DNA of 64,000 bases, taken from contig NC_083432.1 in assembly GCF_020745735.1 (NCBI RefSeq), positions 32,326,533 to 32,390,532 of the forward strand. Reading direction: 5' to 3'. Shown here one piece after another: positions 39,327-50,479 of the stretch. Both the position numbers and the translations under genes were made by a program. How positions within the stretch are numbered: the first letter of the stretch is position 1; each line of letters opens with the position of its first letter. Under the pieces are notes generated by a model. That model worked only from the letters and a program-made list of their open reading frames with translations, made no database searches and was not told the DNA's origin. This stretch comes from Hemiscyllium ocellatum (Eukaryota).

Positions 39327-41590
39327 TTAGAACATAGAACTGTACAGTACAAGAATGGGCCCTTCGGCCCACGATGTTGTGCCCAGCATGATGCCAAATT
39401 TAATTAAACCCCTTCTGCCTATCCATGGTCTATATCCCTTCATTCCATGTATATTCATGTGCTTATTTAAAAATCTCTTAAAGGCTTGTATCATATCTAC
39501 CTCCACTATCACCCATAACAGTGTGTTCGACACCCCACTATTGCCAGTGTAAAAAAAAACTTGCCCCTTATATCTCCTTTGAATTTTCTCCTATCACTTT
39601 AAATGCATGTCTCCTAATATTAGACGTATCAACTCTGGGAAAAAGATTCTGACTATCAACCCTATCTATGCATTTCATAAATTTATAGACTTCAACCAAA
39701 TCTCCCCTCAGCCTCCGCTGCTCCAGATAAAACAGTTTTCCTAGCCTCTCTTTATAGCTTATTCCCTCTATTGTCAACATCCTGATAAACCTCCGCTGCA
39801 CCCTCTCCAAAGCCTTCACATCCTTCCTGTAATGTGGCAACCAGAACTGAGTGCGGCCCAACTAAAGTCTTATAAAGCTGCAACATGACATCCTGTCTCT
39901 TGTACTCAGTTCCCCGGCCAATAAAATCAAGCATGCAATATGTCTTCTTCACCACCCTATCTACTATGTGATCCATTTCAGGGAGGTATAGACATGAATC
40001 CCAAGATCCCTTTGTACATCAATGCTGTTCAGTGTCCTGCCATTAACTATATTTTTCCTTAACATTTGATCTCCCAAAGTGTAGCACCTCACACTGGCAT
40101 GGATTAAACTCCATCTGCCATTTCTGCAACTGATCTTTATCCCGCTGTATCCTTTGACAATCTTCTACACTATCCACAACCTCACCGACCTTTGTATTGT
40201 CTGCAAGCACCCATCTACATTTTCATCCATATCACAAACCACAGAGGCCTCAGTATGGACCCCTGCAGGACACAACTAGTTACAGACCTCCAGCCCAAAA
40301 GACAACCTTCCACCATTACCCTCTGCCATCTATGAGCAAGCCAAATCTGAGTCCATGCAGCCAAGTCACCCTGGATCCCATGCATCTTAATCTTCTGGAT
40401 GAGCCTACCATGAGTGACCTTGTCAAAAGCCTTACGAGAATCCACTGTTCGACCCTCATCAATCACCTTTGTCATCTCCTCAAAATTCAATCAAGTTAGT
40501 AAGATATAACCTGCCCTGCACAAAGCCATGCTGACTGTCCCTAATTAGGCTATGCTTTTCCAAATATGCATAAATTCTATCCCTATGAATTCTCTCCAAT
40601 AACTTCCCAACCACCAATGTGAGACTCACCGGTGTATAGTTTCCTGGATTATCCCTATTTCCCTGCTTGACCAGAGGAACAACATAAGCTACTCGCCAGT
40701 CCTCTGGCACCACTCCAGTGGCTAATGAGGACACAAAGGTCTTGGTCAAGGCTCCAGCAATCTCCTCTCTTGAATCTCTCAATAACTTGGGGTAGATACC
40801 ATCAGGCTGTAAAGATTCATCCATGTAAATGCTCTTCAAGACACCCAATACCACTTCTTTCTTGATCTCAAATTGCCGTAGCATATTCGAACGCTCCACA
40901 CAAATCCCACTAACCTCTATATCTTTCTGGGTGAATACAAATACAGTGGTTAGCACTGCTGCCTCACAGCGCCTGAGACCCGGGTTCAATTCCCGACTCA
41001 GGCGACTGACTGTGTGGAGTTTGCACGTTCTCCCCGTGTCTGCGTGGGTTTCCTCCTGGTGCTCCGGTTTCCTCCCACAGTCCAAAGATGTGCGGGTCAG
41101 GTGAATTGGCTACGCTAAATTGCCCGTAGTGTTAGGTAAGGTGTAAATGTAGGGGTATGGGTGGGTTGCGCTTCGGCGGGTCGGTGTGGACTTGTTGGGC
41201 CGAAGGGCCTGTTTCCACACAGTAAATCTAATCTAATCTAATCTAAAAAAAAATGCAAAGTACTTATTTAGGAACCCAGCCACATTCTCTGTCTCCAAGC
41301 ATGAATTCCCTCCTTTATCCTTGAGTGATCCTACCTTCTCCCTAGTTATCCTCTTGTTTTTAATGTACGTATACAATGCCTTGCGAGTCTCTTTAAGCCT
41401 ATTTGCTCTCCTAATTCCCCGCTTGAGTTCTTTCCTGAGTTTTTTATATTCTTCACAGTTTCTGTACAATTTTAGCTTCCTAAACCTTACATATGCTTTT
41501 TTTTTCCCTTTTGACTAAATTCATAACCTCTCTCATTGTCCAAAGGTCCCTTACCTTGCCATACTTGGTCTCCCTCCTCACTGGAATATT
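39327..41590 (-). mobile_element. CR1 LINE, 5'-truncated, with nested SINE
   Basis: PDGIYPKLL, PEDWRVA, PGNYTPVSLT, SQHGF, KAFDKVTHGRL, LERVQRRF, RLRGDLVEVYK. Confidence 0.93.
40943..41250 (+). mobile_element. tRNA-derived SINE (HE1/V-SINE-like), young, nested in CR1
   Basis: cagtggttagcactgctgcc head, B-box ggttcaattcc, tail (aatct)3 + polyA; CpGs largely retained. Confidence 0.94.
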
Positions 41591-42129
41591 TCCTATCCAA
41601 GTACAGCAGGAATTGAAACTGATCAGTTACTTTTCAGCAGCAGTCTAATCAATAAACATTAATCTTTGAAATAAATAATCAGAAATTTAAGTTCAAGGAA
41701 ATTAATGAAAACAAGAGGTGGTTCTTATTTACCCGCAAAAGGTCATTTTGGAATTTATGGCGAGTATACATCCCAACTTCTAAGTAAAGCTTTCGAGAAT
41801 ATGTTTTCTATTCATAAAATTATGGTAGTAAAATTGTAAAAAGGCAGAATAACAGTGAGAGAGATAGTTGCTACTAAAATGATAGTGACACAGAATCAAG
41901 ACAGATCTGGTCTATGAAAGTGACTGTGCCAAACCAATAATGAAAATTGTAAAGAGGAAGTTGGTGACAAGCAGAATTCAAATTGGCAGTCGTTTTTCAC
42001 TTTTTAGTCAAGGGCATGTTCACCTTTTCTTTTTATTCACCTTTATTGACATCCACTTTTTCTGAACTTTATTAACTTGACCGTTTGGCAATGCAGGATG
42101 TCATGGCGAATAAAGTGGTTTGCTATGTA

Positions 42130-42310
42130 ATACTGCAGATGTTGGAAATAAGAACAAAGTGTGAAATATAATCCATGTCTGGCAGCATCTGGGAAGAGAG
42201 AAATAGTTAACTTTGAGTTAAATGTAACTTCAGAACACTATGAAGAAGAATCACATTTGACCTTAAATGTTAACACTGTCACATACAGCATATGAGTATT
42301 TCCAGTCCTT
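42130..42310. mobile_element. Old fold-back element related to family A
   Basis: ctgcagatgttggaaat...ggcagcatct head; centre cttcagaac..tgaagaag; right arm ...gagtatttccag. Confidence 0.5.
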
Positions 42311-42573
42311 TGTTTTTTAATTGATTTCTTGATAGGTATTGTAAAAGGTGAACTATGGTCTGGTGATTTTAGATATATATCAGGAAAAGACCAGACAGAA
42401 AAAGAAAATGCCAAAACTCAGGACTAAGTCAGCATCCTCACTTGACATAATTTTCTATTTTTGACAATTATTTTATCTCTTCCTGTTTCTAAATCACTGT
42501 TCCGAGATTTGTCAACTTCATTTCTTCGAGCAAATGACTTTTTTACAACAACTAGCTGACACCATTTCAGTTA

Positions 42574-42667
42574 AGATTAGAGGGTGGCTGGGAAAGTACA
42601 GCAGGTCAGGCAGCATCTGAGGAGCAGGAAAATCGACATTTCGGGCAGGAGCCCTTCATCAAGAATT
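42574..42667 (-). mobile_element. Family A HHR element, truncated
   Basis: Minus strand TTGATGA-A-GGGC-TCCT-GCCC-GAAAT-GTC. Confidence 0.75.
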
Positions 42668-45600
42668 ACCAAACCATCATTACCCAAATATATTGCAAAT
42701 CTGGTTCCTTCTCTCATGATTTTTAGTGCTAATCTAGGTACATATAACTCCAGATCCACAGTCTTAACCACCCTCTGAAGTGCCCTAGCAAGTTACTAAC
42801 TTATATCTAACTGCTATGAAGCATAAACAAAGGAATGAAACGGACAAACCGCTCAGCATCAACTGGTCAAGTATCAGCCTGACCTTTTTTGCAAGGTATA
42901 ATTCCATGACTGACACAAGTACTACAAACTGCTGTCCCATCAGCAGGATGGTCCAATCAGATGTGGTAGCACATTCAATACAATCAGGAAGGAGTTATCC
43001 GGGAGTTGTCAACATTGACCATATGAAGTCACATGCCATATCAAGCGTGGACAAAGAATTCTGCTGATTAGCACCTCCCTCAGCTAAGGATGCAGTACAT
43101 ACTGAACATCACTTTGAGGAAGTACTGAGTTGAAAGGACACAGAATGTATTCAGCCTTGGGGATTTCAATGTCCACAACCAAGAGTGGCTTTGTAGCACC
43201 ATTCCTGACATGTCCAATGAGGTCAGTAAGCTTCATGCATTCAGGAGGAGAGATCACATACAGTGTGCAGAGTACATAGTTTGGGCAATTTGGAGGTGAG
43301 TGGGAATTCAGTGCAGAGGAGAGGAGGTGCTCCTTGTTTCTGTTTCTTTTAGCTCAATTGTTTTAGACAGAATAAATTGAAGCCTGGAAACAAAGGCCCA
43401 GGGCAAAAGAATGACATCACACGTATACCATCAGTTCATTGGTTAGTGATACCCACTAATTTGACTATTATACATTACTTTCAGGTTGAAGGTAAATAGG
43501 GGAAATATTTACAGGCTATGAATTTAAAAACTCATAGGATTTTTTTAAAAATCCAAAAATTTAAAAATTAGGAACTAAATAAATAAAATAGAGATGCTGG
43601 GTCATGCGATGCATTGTACCTGCATTATGTGGGAACTGGTGGACCCCATTGAGGTTCATTGCAACCACGTCTGTTATAAATGTTGGTTGCTTGAGGAAAT
43701 CTGGCTCAGACTTGATGAGTTGGAGTCTGAGCTTTGAACACTAAGACACATCAGGGAGGAGGAGAGGTACCTGGGCACTGTTTTCAGGAGGCAGTCACAC
43801 GCATTAGATTGACTACCTTGAATTTGGTCAGTAGTCAGGGACAGAAAGAGGTGAACACCAGCGAGGAAGGCAGAAGGATCCAGGAGGTAGCGCTGAAGGA
43901 GCCTCTGCTCTTGAGCTTGACTAATAAGTTTGAGATTCTTCCTCCCTGTGTGATGAGATTGGGACTGTTAGGAGGATGAGCAAACTGACCGTAGCATCAT
44001 GGTACAGGAGATTGTTCAAGAGGCGGGGGGGGGGGGGGGGGGGGGGAAGAAAAGGGAAATGTAGTTGTAATTGGAGATAGTATAATCTGGAAAATAGACA
44101 TTGTTCTCTGTGGTCCAGATCAAGAGTCCTGAAGGTTGTGTTGCCTGCCTAGTGCACGGCTTAGGATATTTCACCTGGCCTGCCGAGGAACTAAGAGTGG
44201 GAGGAGCAAGTTCCAATTGTTATGGTCCACATAGGTATCACTGATATAGATACAAAGAAGAACAGGGTTATGCTGAGGAATATGAGTAGCTAGGGGCTAA
44301 ATTAAAATGCAAAACCAAAAAATAATAATCTTTGCATTGCTACTGGAGTCAAGAGAAAATTGGTGCACAGTAAGCAAGATTAATGCATGGCTCAAAGAAT
44401 GGTGTGGGAGAAACAGGTTTGAATTCATGAAACATTGGGGAAGGAGGGAGCTGTTCCGATGAGATGGCCTCCACCTGAATCATGCTGGGACCAGAGTCCT
44501 GACAAATCCACAACTAGGATTGGGGAAAAGACTTCAGACTAAATTGTAAGGAAAGGGATTTAGATTGCCTGGAAAATTATGGAAAGAGTTAAAAGGGGGT
44601 TAGGGCTTAGCAAACGTTATTAAAGTTTCCAGAACAAGGAATAGGACAGAGAATATGGAAAGGGTCAGGAATCTAACATCATGCACAGCAGAGAAGGGGA
44701 TAACTGTAAGAAGGGGACAGTCAACAGAGGATTTGAGTGTTGTACTTAAATACACGCAGAATATGAAAGAAGATGAATGAGCTTGTAGTGCAGATTGAAA
44801 TTGACAGGTATTATGGCTGCCAGGTAATCAGGGCTGGGAAATAAGTATCCAAACATACCTATCCTATCAAAGGGACAGGCAGATGGGGCAAGATTGCCTT
44901 ATTAGTGAGAAATTAAATTGATAGCAAGAAGTAATATAGAGTGAGAAGGCATAGATTCTGTGTGGGTAGAGTTGAGGAACGGGCAAAGGGAAAAAAAAGT
45001 ACTGATGGGAGTTGTGCACAGGCCTCCTAACAGTTGTTAGAATGTGGGGAAGAAAATAAATCAGGAGATAGAAAAGACATGTAAGAAATGCACAATTACA
45101 ATAATCATAGAGCACTTCAATGTGCAGATGGGAAATCACACTGGTAGTGGGTGTCAGGGAAAGGAATTTGTGGCATGTCTACAAGATGATTATTTGGAGC
45201 AGCTTGTGGTAGACCCTACTAGGGAACAGGCAACTCTGGATTTGGTGATGTGTAATGAGGCAGACTTGATTAAGGAGCTTAAGATGAAGGGACCAGGCAA
45301 TAACCAGAATCTGTTAGAATTCACCCTGCAGTTTGAGGCAGAGAAGCTGGAGTCACATGTAACAGCAGTATAATTGAGTAAAGATAACTATAAAGACATG
45401 AGGGAGGAGCTAGCCAGAGTTGATTGAAAGGGGAGCTTAACAGGGAAGATGGTGGGGCAACAATGGCAGGAGTTTCTGGGTATAATTCAGGAGAAGCAGC
45501 AAAAATTCATCCCGATGAAGGAGAAGCATACTCAAGGGAGGATGAGGCAACTGTGGCTAACAAGGGAAGTCAGGGACAGCATAAAACAAAAAGCATACAA

Positions 45601-45929
45601 TGTGATGAAGATTATTGAGAAATCTTATAAAACCAGTAAAATATCTATTTGGGGAGAAGGTAAAATATGAGGGTAAGCTAGCTAGTAATAGAAAATAAAA
45701 AAGTGATGACACGTGAAAGGTAAAAAAGAGATAAGGGTGGACATTGGACCATGGAAAATGAGGCTGAAGAAGTAATAATGGGGAAAAAGGAAATGTGGAG
45801 GAACTGAATAGGTGCTTTGCATTCAAAGTGGAAGACACCAGCAGCATACCAGAACTTCAAGAGTGTCAGGAGGGACAGGTGAGTGTAATGGTCATCACTG
45901 AGGAGATGATATTGGGGAAACTGAAAGGT

Positions 45930-46235
45930 TTTTTTAGATTACTTACAGTGTGGAAACAGGCCCTTTGGCCCAACAAGTCCACACCGACCCGCCGAAGCGC
46001 AACCCACCCATACCCCTACATTTACCCCTTACCTAACACTACGGGCAATTTAGCATGGCCAATTCACCTGACCCACACATCTTTGGACTGTGGGAGGAAA
46101 CCGGAGCACCCGGAGGAAACCCACGCAGACACGGGGAGAACGTGCAAACTCCACACAGTCAGTCGCCTGAGGTGGGAATTGAACCCAGGTCCCTGGCGCT
46201 GTGAGGCAGCAGTGCTAACCACTGTACCACCGTGC
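45930..46235 (-). mobile_element. tRNA-derived SINE (HE1/V-SINE-like), young, nested in CR1
   Basis: Near-identical to 34310 and 40943. Confidence 0.94.
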
Positions 46236-47451
46236 ACCAGACTAGATGGACTATCTCCCAGAGTTCTGAGGAGATTGTAGAGGTTTTGGTGATCTTTCAG
46301 GAATCACTGGAGTCAGGGACAGTCCCAGAGGACTGGAAATGGCTATAGTAAACCCCCTGTTTGAGAAGAGAGGGAGGTAGAAGATCAGACACTGTAGGTC
46401 AGTTAGCCTGACCTCAGTCATTGGTAAGATTTTAGAGTCGATTATTAAGGATGAGATCTGAGAGTACTTGGATGTCCATGGTAAAAACAGGGCTGAGTCA
46501 GCATGGCTTCATCAAGAGGTATTCATTCCTGACAAATCTGTTAGAATTCTTGGAAGAGGTAATAATCAAGTTAGGCAAAGGAGAGCTAGTGGACGTGATC
46601 TTTTTGGATTTCCAGACGGTATTTGATGACATGCCACACGGAGGCTGCTAAATAAGATAAGAGCCCATGGTGTTAGGAGAAAGCAACTGACTTAGGTAGA
46701 GGATTGGCTGACTGGTAGAAGGGACTATCTGGATGAAGGATCTGGATAACATTCTGAACGAAGGAACTAACGGCATTGTTGCTAAGTTGTAGTTGACACA
46801 GATATGTGGAGGGACAGGTAATGTTGAGGAAGCAGGGAGGGTGCAGAACAACTTGGACAAACTAGGAGAGTGGGAAAAGAAATGGCAGATAATACAATGT
46901 TGGAAAACGTGAGGTTATGCACTTAGGTACAAGAATAGAGGCATAAACTATTTTCTAAATGGGGAAAGGCTTCAGAAATCACAAAGGGATTTTGAAGTCC
47001 TAATTCAGGATTTCCTTAAGGTTCAGTTGGCAGTTGGGAAAGCCAATACAATGTTAGCATTCATTTCAAGAGGACTAGAAAACAAGAGAAGGGATGTACT
47101 GCTGAGGCTGTATAAGCCTATGGTCAGCCTGCATTTTGAATATTGTGAGCTATTTTGGGCCCTGTATCTGAGGAGGATGCACTGGTGTTGGAGCCAGTCC
47201 AGAGGACGTTTACAAGAATGATCCTGGAGATGAAGGGCTTGTCATATGAGGAGCGGTTGAGTTTGTACTCAATGGAGTTTAGAAGGATGAAAGGAGATCT
47301 GCTTGAAACTTACAGAATACTAAGAAGCCTGGAGAGAATGGACATGGTGAAGGTGTTACCATTAGTAGGAGAGACAAGGACCTGACGGCACAGCCTCTGA
47401 ATGAAGGGATGATCCTTTAGAATGAGATGAGAGGGTTTCTTCCACCAGAGC

Positions 47452-48395
47452 CTTTGAGATATACAGCATGGAAACAGGCCCTGTGGCCCAACTTGCCATG
47501 CTGGCTAGATTTCTTCATTTGCCTGCATTTGACCCATATCTTTCTAAACCTTTCCTGTCTATGTCCAAATGTCTTATAAATATTGCAATTGTACCCACCT
47601 CCACCACATCCTCTGGTAGCTTGTTCCATATGTGTACCACCCTCTGTTGAAAAAGTTGATCTTCAGGTGCCTTTTAAATCTTTCCCCTCTCACCTCAAAC
47701 CTATGTCCACTAGTTTTAGACTCCCTAGCCTGGGGAAAAGACCTTGGCTAGTTACCTTATCTCTACCCTGTGTGATTTTAAAAATCTCTATTAGTCAACC
47801 CTTGGCTTCCTAGGCTCCCATGGAGAAAAGTCCCAGATTATCCTGCCTTTCCTCAAACCTTCCAGTCTCAGTAACATCCTCGTGAATCATTTTTCCACTC
47901 TTTCCAGTTTAATACATCCTTCCTATCACTGGGTGACCAGAATTATACTCAGTACTCCAAATGTGGCCTTACTAATGTCTTGGACAGCCATACCATTACG
48001 TCCTGTACTCAGTGTTCTGACTGATGAAGGCAAGTGCACCAAACGCCGCCTTGACCACCTATCTACCTTTCAATGAACTGTGTTCCTGCACCTCAAGGTG
48101 CTCTACCATTAACTGTGTAAGTCCTGCCCTGATTTGCCTTACCAAAATGCAACACCTCATGTTTATTTGAACTAAATTGCACCTGCCATTCCTTGGCCTA
48201 CTGCCCCAGTTGATTAAAATCCCATTGTAATCTTAGATAAGCTTCTTCACTGTCCAATATTCCATCAATTTTGGTGTCATCTGCAAACTTACTATTCATG
48301 TTACTAGCTAGCTAGATCCTCATCCAAATCACTTAGAAGTGACGAGCAACAGTAGACCCATAACCGCACCTTGCAGCATACCATTGGTCACAGGA
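47452..48395 (-). mobile_element. CR1 3' fragment nested antisense inside the + strand CR1
   Basis: ttggtgtcatctgcaaactt (FADDTK on minus strand) and a CR1 tail at ~47455; host sequence resumes at gatggtgaatctg. Confidence 0.85.
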
Positions 48396-49147
48396 TGGTG
48401 AATCTGTAGAACCATTGCCACAGAGTGTAGTTGAGTATATTTGAGTCATTGAGTATATTTAAGGCAGAGATAGATAGGTCCCTCAACCCCATTCTTCTGC
48501 CTTCTCCAAATAAGCCTTGATCCCCTTACTAATCATAAACCTATCAGCTATGATTGAATTGTGAAGCAGACTCAATTGGCTAATTTTGCTGCTATGTCTT
48601 CTGGTCTTACAGAGCAAAATGACCGGCAAGTGGTGTGGGAATCAAAAAAAAGTGATGTCTTGTCTTCACTAATCTACCTGCCAGAGATCCGCCCATCCAC
48701 GACAGTATTGTAGGAGCCACCATTGAATAGTCTTTGTGGAGACAAAAGTCCCATCTTCACATTGTGGATACTCTCTATGTTGTGGGGCATCACCAATGTA
48801 CAATGTGAGATAGACCTCCAACAATTTAGCAACTCAAAACATGGCATCTGTAAAATATCAGCAGCTGCAGAATTGTATTAAAGTATGATCTGTAATCTAA
48901 TTGTCCCTCCCCACACACCTCACTCTACCAATACCATCAAGCCAGGAGATCAAGCCTGGTCCAATGAGGAGTGACATGCTAGAAGTATCACCAGGCATAC
49001 CTAAAAATAATATGTCACCCTGGTGAAGCTATAACACACGACCACTTGCTTGTCACACAGCGGAAGCAACATGCAATATACTGAGCTAACTGATCAAACA
49101 ACCAATGGGTCAGATTTCAGCTCTGAATCAGTCATGAATTTTGGTGG

Positions 49148-49266
49148 AGAAAGTGAGGTCTGCAGATGCTGGAGATCAGAGCTGAAAATGTGTTGCTGGA
49201 AAAGCAAAGCAGGTCAGGCAGCATCCAAGGAACAGGAAATTCGACGTTTATAAGCCCTTCATCAGG
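49148..49266 (-). mobile_element. Family A HHR element with deletion in stem II
   Basis: Very similar to 64-190; imperfect TSD gaattttggtgg/gaatgttgttgg. Confidence 0.8.
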
Positions 49267-49435
49267 AATGTTGTTGGCCCAAGTAAGCAATCGGTGGAGG
49301 TGGTGGATCCACAAATATTCCCATCCTCAATGATGGACGAGTCCAGCATATCCACGTAAAAGACAAAGCTGAAACATTTGTGTTTTGCAGAATTTGCAGT
49401 ACAGCACAAACACTGGCACATAGCTGATGATTTAC

Positions 49436-49730
49436 ACTAGATTAGGTTCCTCTACAGTGTGGAAACAGGCCCTTCGGCCCAACAGGTCCACACCGACCTT
49501 CCGAGGAGTAACCCACCCACACCCATTTCCCTCTGACTCATGCACCTAATACTATGAGCAATTTAGCATGGCCAATTCACCTGACCTGCACATCTTTGGA
49601 CTGTGGGAGGAAACCGAAGCACCCGGAGTAAAACCACGAAGACACAGGGAGAATGTGCAAACTCCACACAGACAGCCGCCTGAGGCTGGAATTGAACCCA
49701 CGTCCCTGACCCTGTGACGCAGCAGTGCTG
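49436..49730 (-). mobile_element. tRNA-derived SINE (HE1/V-SINE-like)
   Basis: Same head, body and tail as the other copies, different subfamily variant. Confidence 0.9.
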
Positions 49731-50356
49731 TGCAAAATTGCCCAGTTATGTCATGTGCACCAAACCTGACCAGCCTTCTCGCCACAAGTCTACTCTTGTT
49801 CATCAGTAAAGTGATGAAATGGATTATTGACAATGCCATCAATCAGTACTTGCAGTGAAGTAACTTGTTCACTAGCTTTCAGTTCTTTTACTTGGCTCCT
49901 GACCTAATTACAGTCTTTATCCATACATGAATAAAAAAAGTTGAATTGCGGGGTAAGATAAAAGTGACTTCCCTTGGCATCAAGGCAGCAGTCAACTGAT
50001 TATGGTATTAGTGAGCCCCAGAAAAAGTGGCATCAATGCACATCAAGGGGAAAAACAAAGATTGTTGTTGAAGATCAGTCAGGTCAATCCCTGGGAATCC
50101 ATCGCTGTGGGAATTTGTCAAGGCAGTTTTCTTGGACCAACCATCTCCAGCTGCTTTATCAGTGACCGTTCCTCCATCATGTGGTTCGAAGTGTGGCTGT
50201 GTAAGCATCAATAGGGAATGTTTGATGCCATCCTAACTGTTTAGATCCCAAAACAGTCCATGCCCAAACGTAACAAGGTGCAGACAATATTCATGCTGCG
50301 GTTTACCATGGACCAGAAATGTGCCCAACACCTCAAAGATTGCAGTAGTTCAGGAA

Positions 50357-50479
50357 TGATGTAGAGATGCCGGATTTGGACTGGGGTGGACAAACTCAGA
50401 ACTCACATGACACCAGGTTATAGTCCAAGAGGTTTGTTTGAAGTCACAAGCTTTGGGGCATTACTCCTCCATCAGGAGG
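50357..50479 (-). mobile_element. Family B HHR element
   Basis: TSD agttcaggaa at 50347-50356 and 50480-50489; decayed core CTGATGG-AGGAG..CCCC-AAAGCTT. Confidence 0.75.

Larger units (their letters stand above)
43220..48605 (+). mobile_element. Near full-length decayed CR1 LINE (ORF1 zinc finger/zipper + SGNH esterase; ORF2 endonuclease + RT)
   Basis: ATG 43594 C.CIMWE...HVCYKC.LLEE...LDELE; VVIGDSII at ~44065; DGLHLN at ~44463; endonuclease LEQLVVDPTREQATLDLV; RT SQHGF, LTNLLEF, FLDFQ. Confidence 0.88.

Noticed and set aside
40480-41085. 201-aa ORF, and the similar 45795-46280 ORF
   Set aside because: Chance read-through between a SINE and CR1 ORF2; not a gene
44024-44046. Poly-G runs (also ~11229-11242)
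   Set aside because: Simple homopolymers; lengths may be assembly-sensitive
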